64,000 nucleotides of DNA, from the NCBI GenBank assembly GCA_036488085.1, contig DASXHZ010000058.1, positions 69,468-133,467 on the forward strand, in the 5' to 3' direction. This document shows positions 58,722 to 64,000 of the stretch, in pieces. The position numbers were made by a program, and so were the translations under genes. Under the pieces are notes generated by a model. It did not search any database, was not told where the DNA came from, and saw only the letters and a program-made list of their open reading frames with translations. Each line of letters starts with the position of its first letter. Position 1 is the stretch's first letter. The DNA is from Thermoanaerobaculia bacterium (lineage in GTDB: Bacteria; Acidobacteriota; Thermoanaerobaculia; Gp7-AA8).

Positions 58722-61121
58722 TTATTTGGAGTACGTAACGCGCCAGATGACATTCGCTCCGTCATCCGAGACGAGGAGTGAACCGTCGCCGAGGACGAGC
58801 AGCCCGACGGGGCGCCCCCAGACGCTGTTCGAGGCAGGATCGGGCATCCATCCGATGACGAAATCGTCGTAGCCGCCGGCCGGCTTGCCGTCGCGGAACG
58901 GGACGGAAATGACGCTGTAGCCGGTGCGCCGCGATCGGTTCCAGGAGCCGTGCAACGCGACGAACGCGCGGCCGCGGTATTCGGGCGGGAACATCGTGCC
59001 GTTGTAGAAGACGAGACCGAGAGGCGCGGAGTGCGCCTGAATGAGAAGCGCCGGAACGACCGCTTTCGAGACGAGGTCGGGACGTTCGCCGCGGCGCCGC
59101 GGATCTTCGTGCGCACCGAGGTACGCGTACGGCCAGCCGTAGAACGCGTTGGCGCGGACGCCGGTAATGTAGTCGGGGACGAGATCGTCGCCGAGGCCAT
59201 CGCGCTCGTTCACCGACGTCCAGAGCTCGTGGGTCGTCGGGTTCCACGCGAGGCCGACTGGATTACGGAGGCCGAACGCGAAGACACGGGCGTTCTTGCC
59301 GTTCGCGTCATACGCCATGATCGCCGCGCGCGGCGGATCCTCGCGCGAGATGTTCGACGCCGAGCCGATGGCGACGAAGAGCTGCGTGCCGTCGGCGCTG
59401 AAGACGATGTTGCGGGTCGAGTGGCCGCCGCCCGGCAGCGGCGCGAGCTTCTGCACGCCGCCGCGCGACGCCGTCTCGCCGGCGCGGTACGGCATCCGGT
59501 AGATTCCGTCCTCGGCGCCGACGTAGAGCCACTCGTCATGGATCGCGAGGCCGAACGGATCGGCGATCTGGGTGGTGAAGGTGTAGCGTTTGCTGTTCCG
59601 CAGAATGCTGATCTGGCTGGCGCCGCTCTGCGCCACGATGATGTCGCCATTCGGCGCGAGGATCATGTTGCGCGGATCGTCGATGCCGGTGGCATAGGCC
59701 GCGATGTGAAAGCCGGGCGGAAGGTGGAGTTGTGCATTCGCCGGACGCTTCCGCGTCCACGGCGCGTTCGCGGCACTCGGGGTCGCGTACGGCGCCGGAA
59801 GCTGGTCGAGCCGGATCTCGTGGTGTCCGAGGCCGGTGCTCGTCGTGGTGACCGGCTGGGCGTCGCCGCCGCACGCGGCCAGCGACAGGAGAAGAGTCGC
59901 GAATGCAATCCGGCGCACGACGTAAAGCCTATGCAACGTCGTCGCCGCGGCGATCGCCATGATCGGAACGACCGGAACGCGAAACCGCGCCTCTGCTTCG
60001 CTGCCGGCGGAGATCAGGACGAAGTACGCGATGGTCAGTGCGACTAGGAGCGACAGGGTGCGATCGCGTTGCCACAGGAGGTAGGTGCCGAAAAGGGCGA
60101 GCAGCGTGATGGCGTGCGTCCAGACATCGAGGACAATGGCGAGGAGCGTCGGTGGGACGCTGCTGACCATCTCCATCGCCTCGGAATCGCTATCGAAGAG
60201 GTTCACGCAGACACCGCGAACGAGGACGGTCGTGAGGCCGAGCGGGTGCTGCAACGCGATCCGGCGTCCGATCTTGCCGAACCACATCGCATGTTGCGCC
60301 GGATTGAGATCGCCGGCGCTCGCGGTGTGGAGCGTCCGCTCGATCTCGGTGTCCGCGTCGGACGCGAGCTCCTCCTGTCGGTCTCTCAACGCCTCGTAGA
60401 AGTCGTAGTCGTCGAAGATCGCGAGCGAAGGTGCGGCACGGTGGTCGAGCATGTTGATCCCCGCGACGTCCGCGATCGCGAAGACGCCCGTCCGCGCCTT
60501 GTTCCGCGCCATCCACGCGATCGGCAGAATCAGCGACGCGATCACGAAGACGATGACGTGCTTGCGGCGAATCATCACGATCGCGAGCACCGCGAAGTAG
60601 AGAATTGATGCGGGCCGGATCAGCACAAGCGCGCCGGTTAGAAGCCCCATCACGATCATGTTCGCGGCCCTCCCGCGCAACACGAGCCAGATGAGCGCGA
60701 AGAGTCCGACGGTGAAAAGCGTCTCGGTGAGCACCTTGTTCGCGTAGTGGATCGACGGCGTGTCGAGCGCGAAGATCAGTCCCGCGATGAAAGCGATTCC
60801 GCGCGAGAGGCGCTGCCGCGCAAAGAGGTAGATCGCCATCGCGAGGGCTACGTTCATCAGGTGCTGGACGAGGACGACGGCGGTGAAGGTGCGGAACGCC
60901 ATCAGGAACAGCGGATAGCCCGGCGTGCGAAACGTCTCGATGACTCCGTTCGCGCGGAGGAAACCGTGCCCGGCGAGCATCGACCGCGCCGGCTCGATGT
61001 AGGTCCTCGAGTCAGGGAAGAAGAAGTCTCCGTTGCTTGCGGCGAAGTAGAGGAGATTGGTGAGCAGCGTCAACGCGGCGAGGATCGCCAGATCGATCGG
61101 TGCGCGCCGCATCGAGCGCAT
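58722..61121 (-). CDS. Fusion protein: GT-C-fold membrane glycosyltransferase (ArnT/PMT-like) + periplasmic PQQ-type sugar dehydrogenase (SGDH) beta-propeller
   Basis: N-terminal ~400 aa with many TM helices and FFPDSRTYIEPARSMLAGHGF. A TM/lipobox-like segment RRIAFATLLLSLAACGG, then GLAWNP...ELWTSVNERDGLGDDLVPDYI...FYGWPY. One continuous 799-codon ORF. Confidence 0.6.
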   Translation of the reverse strand: MRSMRRAPIDLAILAALTLLTNLLYFAASNGDFFFPDSRTYIEPARSMLAGHGFLRANGVIETFRTPGYPLFLMAFRTFTAVVLVQHLMNVALAMAIYLFARQRLSRGIAFIAGLIFALDTPSIHYANKVLTETLFTVGLFALIWLVLRGRAANMIVMGLLTGALVLIRPASILYFAVLAIVMIRRKHVIVFVIASLILPIAWMARNKARTGVFAIADVAGINMLDHRAAPSLAIFDDYDFYEALRDRQEELASDADTEIERTLHTASAGDLNPAQHAMWFGKIGRRIALQHPLGLTTVLVRGVCVNLFDSDSEAMEMVSSVPPTLLAIVLDVWTHAITLLALFGTYLLWQRDRTLSLLVALTIAYFVLISAGSEAEARFRVPVVPIMAIAAATTLHRLYVVRRIAFATLLLSLAACGGDAQPVTTTSTGLGHHEIRLDQLPAPYATPSAANAPWTRKRPANAQLHLPPGFHIAAYATGIDDPRNMILAPNGDIIVAQSGASQISILRNSKRYTFTTQIADPFGLAIHDEWLYVGAEDGIYRMPYRAGETASRGGVQKLAPLPGGGHSTRNIVFSADGTQLFVAIGSASNISREDPPRAAIMAYDANGKNARVFAFGLRNPVGLAWNPTTHELWTSVNERDGLGDDLVPDYITGVRANAFYGWPYAYLGAHEDPRRRGERPDLVSKAVVPALLIQAHSAPLGLVFYNGTMFPPEYRGRAFVALHGSWNRSRRTGYSVISVPFRDGKPAGGYDDFVIGWMPDPASNSVWGRPVGLLVLGDGSLLVSDDGANVIWRVTYSK

Positions 61122-61122
61122 T

Positions 61123-62286
61123 TTATGCGCGAAGCAGGCTCTCCAATTCGTCCAGCCGCGAGGCGCGATTGCGCGCGTCGTCGAGCGTGATCAGCCCCTG
61201 CCGCAGCAGCGCTACGAGCGAGTCTTCGAAGGAGATCATCCCCTGTCGTTTCCCCATCGTGATCTCCGTCGCGAACTGCTGCAGCTTGTTGCCCCGAATG
61301 TGGTTTCGCACCGGCTGATTGGCGAGTACGACCTCCACCGCCACGGCCCGCCCCGCGTTGTCGGCGCGCGGGATCAACTGTTGGATGACGATGGCATTCA
61401 ACGACAACGCGAGTTGCTGGCGGATCTGGTTCTGCTGCTGCGGCGGAAAGACGTCGATGATGCGGTGGATTGCCTGCGCCGCGTCGCTGGTGTGGAGCGT
61501 CGAGAGGATCAAGTGCCCCGTCTCCGCCGCCGTCAGCGCGATCGACACCGTCTCCAGATCGCGCATCTCGCCGACCAGGATGACGTCGGGGTCCTGCCGC
61601 AGCGCCGCGCGGAGCGCCGCCGCGAAAGACGGTGCGTCGCGCCCGATCTCGATCTGTTCGATGACCGACTTTGCGTTCCGGTGCTCGTACTCCACCGGGT
61701 CCTCGATGCTGACGATGTGGCGCTGCTCGCTGTGATTGATGATCTCGACGAGCGACGCGAGAGTCGTTGTTTTTCCCGACCCGGTCGGCCCGCAGACCAG
61801 GACCAGGCCGCGTGTCGGCTTCACGAGGTCGGCGAGCGACGGCGGGAGATGGAGCTGCGAGAGCGTCGGCACATCGGTCGGCAAGGCACGGATGGCCGCG
61901 GCGAGTGTCCCGCGCTGCCGGTGTACGTTGACCCTGAACCGGTACCGGTTCAGGTACACGGAGAAGTCGGCCGCGCCGTTCTCGCGGAGCTGCTCCTGTA
62001 GCCGCGGGGTGAGGAAGCCGGCGAAGTAGGTCGTCACGTCGTCGCCGTCGAGGAGCTGCTCGTCGATCCGGATCAGCCGTCCGCCGAGGCGTGCGATCGG
62101 CGGGTTGCCGGCGATGAGGAGGAGATCGCTGGCACCCCGCTGGGTCATCTCGCTCAGCAGCCGCTCCAGCGGGTTCCCCTCCGGTACCGCCTGCGGCGCA
62201 GCCTGCAGCGCCTGCCGCCGCTCGCCCCCCTCATTCAGCTCGCGAACGAGCTGCTCTAGTTCTTCGTCACGTGTCAGTCTGCCCAT
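61123..62286 (-). CDS. PilT/PilU-family ATPase (third paralog)
   Basis: GPTGSGKTT, DVILVGEMRD and GHLILSTLHT. Its stop lies 1 nt from the downstream gene's start. Confidence 0.85.
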   Translation of the reverse strand: MGRLTRDEELEQLVRELNEGGERRQALQAAPQAVPEGNPLERLLSEMTQRGASDLLLIAGNPPIARLGGRLIRIDEQLLDGDDVTTYFAGFLTPRLQEQLRENGAADFSVYLNRYRFRVNVHRQRGTLAAAIRALPTDVPTLSQLHLPPSLADLVKPTRGLVLVCGPTGSGKTTTLASLVEIINHSEQRHIVSIEDPVEYEHRNAKSVIEQIEIGRDAPSFAAALRAALRQDPDVILVGEMRDLETVSIALTAAETGHLILSTLHTSDAAQAIHRIIDVFPPQQQNQIRQQLALSLNAIVIQQLIPRADNAGRAVAVEVVLANQPVRNHIRGNKLQQFATEITMGKRQGMISFEDSLVALLRQGLITLDDARNRASRLDELESLLRA

Positions 62287-62345
62287 CGGTGAATATTGAC
62301 GAACGAAGCGTGCCAGGAGTTACGAACCGCTAATATCGCGCCTGC

Positions 62346-63881
62346 ATGCGGCTCTCGCTGCGCATCCTCCAGGCCGGCGCGATCGCCGTGGTCGTCGCCG
62401 TCTCGACGTTCCACGCCTTCGAGCTCGATCGCTTCTTCGTCGCGAAGGAGCTGGTGCTGCACGTCGTGGCGGTCCTGGCGGCGCTCTTCGCGTGGCGAGG
62501 GCTCCGTAACCTAGAGACCACGCGGCTCGACTGGCTGCTCACCGCCTTCCTTGGCCTCAGCGCGCTCTCGGCACTCTTCGCCACGAATCGCTGGCTCGGC
62601 CTCCGAGGTCTGGCGGTCAGCGTTTCGAGCGTGCTGATTTTCTGGGCGGCGCGGACGCACGGCCGCGCCCTCGCCGGTGCGCTCGCATTCGCGGTCATCG
62701 TGGCCGCGGTGACGTCGCTGCTGCAGACCTACGGCCTCGACATGGAGCTCTTTTCCGAGAACCGCGCTCCCGGTGGGACCCTGGGCAACCGCAACTTCAT
62801 CGCACACGTCGCCGCGTTCGGGATGCCGCTGCTGCTCTTCATGACGATCACCGCGCAGCGCTACCGCACGTTTCTCTGGAATGCGATCGGGACCGCGCTC
62901 GTGACGGCGTCGCTGGTGATCACGCGCTCGCGCGCGGCGTGGCTGGCGTTCGCCGCGATGCTGGTGGTGCTGCTCTTCGCGCTCCTTGCCGCGCGATCTC
63001 TGCGCCGCGATGGCCGTACTTGGCGGCGCCTCGGGTTCACGATCGTGGTTGCGGTGATTGCGACCGGCGCTGTGCTCGTTCTTCCGAACGCGCTCCACTG
63101 GCGCAGCAAGAACCCGTACCTGGAGTCGATCCACAAGGTCGCCGACTATCAGGGGGGGAGCGGGCGGGGACGCCTCATCCAATATGAGCGCACCCTCGGG
63201 CTGGCTCTGCGGCATCCAGTGTTCGGCGTCGGCCCCGGCAACTGGGCGGTCGAGTATCCAACGCGCGCACCCGGAAGCGATCCCTCGATGAACGAGTCGG
63301 AGCCGGGGATGACGATGAATCCGTGGCCGAGTAGCGACTGGGTGGCCTTCGTCGCCGAGCGAGGACCCATCGCCGCGGTGCTTCTCGGACTCTTCTTCCT
63401 CGGCGTCATCCGTCTCGGATTCCGGCAGCTGTTCTCCGCGTCCGACGCCGACTCTGCACTCGCCGCGGTTGCGCTCCTCGGCGTGGTCGCGGGCGCACTC
63501 GTCTCCGGCCTCTTCGACGCCGTACTCCTCACCGCCGTCCCCGCCTACATCGTCTTCGCATCCATCGGCGCGCTTCTAAGTGTGGCGCCGGCAGTCCTGC
63601 CGGCGACTCCGTCATCTAAATCCAGCGTCTTCATCTTCCTCATCGTGATCTCCGCCGTGGGTGCCTGGCGCAGCGGATCGCAGCTCGTCGCGATGGACAT
63701 CTACACGACCGCCGGCACGCGCGCTCAACTCGAGCGGGCGTCGCAGATCGATCCCGGCAACTTCCGTCTCCACCTCCGACTCGCACGCGGCGGAAAGCAG
63801 CGGTGCGCTCACGCGCGGGCCGCCCACGCGCTCTACCCGTCGGCGCAGGTCGCGAAGCAGTTGGCGCGCGGCTGCGGCTAA
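62346..63881 (+). CDS. O-antigen ligase family (Wzy_C) membrane protein
   Basis: About 10 TM helices. ITRSRAAWLAF and GVGPGNW motifs of Wzy_C. Short TPR-like C-terminal tail. Confidence 0.6.
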   Translation: MRLSLRILQAGAIAVVVAVSTFHAFELDRFFVAKELVLHVVAVLAALFAWRGLRNLETTRLDWLLTAFLGLSALSALFATNRWLGLRGLAVSVSSVLIFWAARTHGRALAGALAFAVIVAAVTSLLQTYGLDMELFSENRAPGGTLGNRNFIAHVAAFGMPLLLFMTITAQRYRTFLWNAIGTALVTASLVITRSRAAWLAFAAMLVVLLFALLAARSLRRDGRTWRRLGFTIVVAVIATGAVLVLPNALHWRSKNPYLESIHKVADYQGGSGRGRLIQYERTLGLALRHPVFGVGPGNWAVEYPTRAPGSDPSMNESEPGMTMNPWPSSDWVAFVAERGPIAAVLLGLFFLGVIRLGFRQLFSASDADSALAAVALLGVVAGALVSGLFDAVLLTAVPAYIVFASIGALLSVAPAVLPATPSSKSSVFIFLIVISAVGAWRSGSQLVAMDIYTTAGTRAQLERASQIDPGNFRLHLRLARGGKQRCAHARAAHALYPSAQVAKQLARGCG

Positions 63882-64000
63882 CGCACCAGGCGCCGGCGCG
63901 CGAATACGTCGACGCGGAACTGGACGTTCGACGTGGAGCAGGTCGTTGCGGCCTCGGCCCAGACGTAGGTGCTTCCGTAGGCGGTGGCGGCGAACGGAAG

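Noticed and set aside
58722-59900. Splitting ORF 58722..61121 into two genes at the internal lipobox (LSLAACGG)
   Set aside because: There is no stop codon or start-codon context between the two halves in the given sequence. It is treated as a fusion, with the segment acting as the last TM helix. Flagged for resequencing.

Overview
This is a high-GC (~68%) bacterial chromosomal window with about 56 protein-coding genes and no rRNA, tRNA or CRISPR that I can see. Three paralogous secreted von Willebrand factor A (VWA) proteins of the family that is expanded in Acidobacteria suggest an acidobacterial-type genome; the other strong gene calls are listed under features. The most interesting part is an ~8 kb co-directional minus-strand cluster (54192-62286). 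It holds three PilT-family ATPases, one of them carrying a ~500-aa N-terminal HEAT-repeat extension, and a membrane glycosyltransferase (GT-C fold) fused to a beta-propeller dehydrogenase domain. Two small proteins sit between them, and an O-antigen-ligase-family gene lies divergently next to the cluster. No other type IV pilus genes are present. I also see several unannotated non-coding elements:
- a Tyr/Phe-rich leader peptide with a terminator in front of the chorismate mutase / DAHP synthase genes;
- a 43-bp x 8 tandem array in front of a PLP-dependent enzyme gene;
- a cluster of nested inverted repeats whose copies supply the stop codons of two convergent genes;
- two heptamer-built palindromes that share the GGATAAC motif;
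- a 70-bp palindrome inside a coding sequence;
- a short upstream ORF 8 nt before a trpG that has no canonical start codon.
Coordinates are anchored to the supplied ORF track. Start codons I chose by hand may be off by 1-3 nt.
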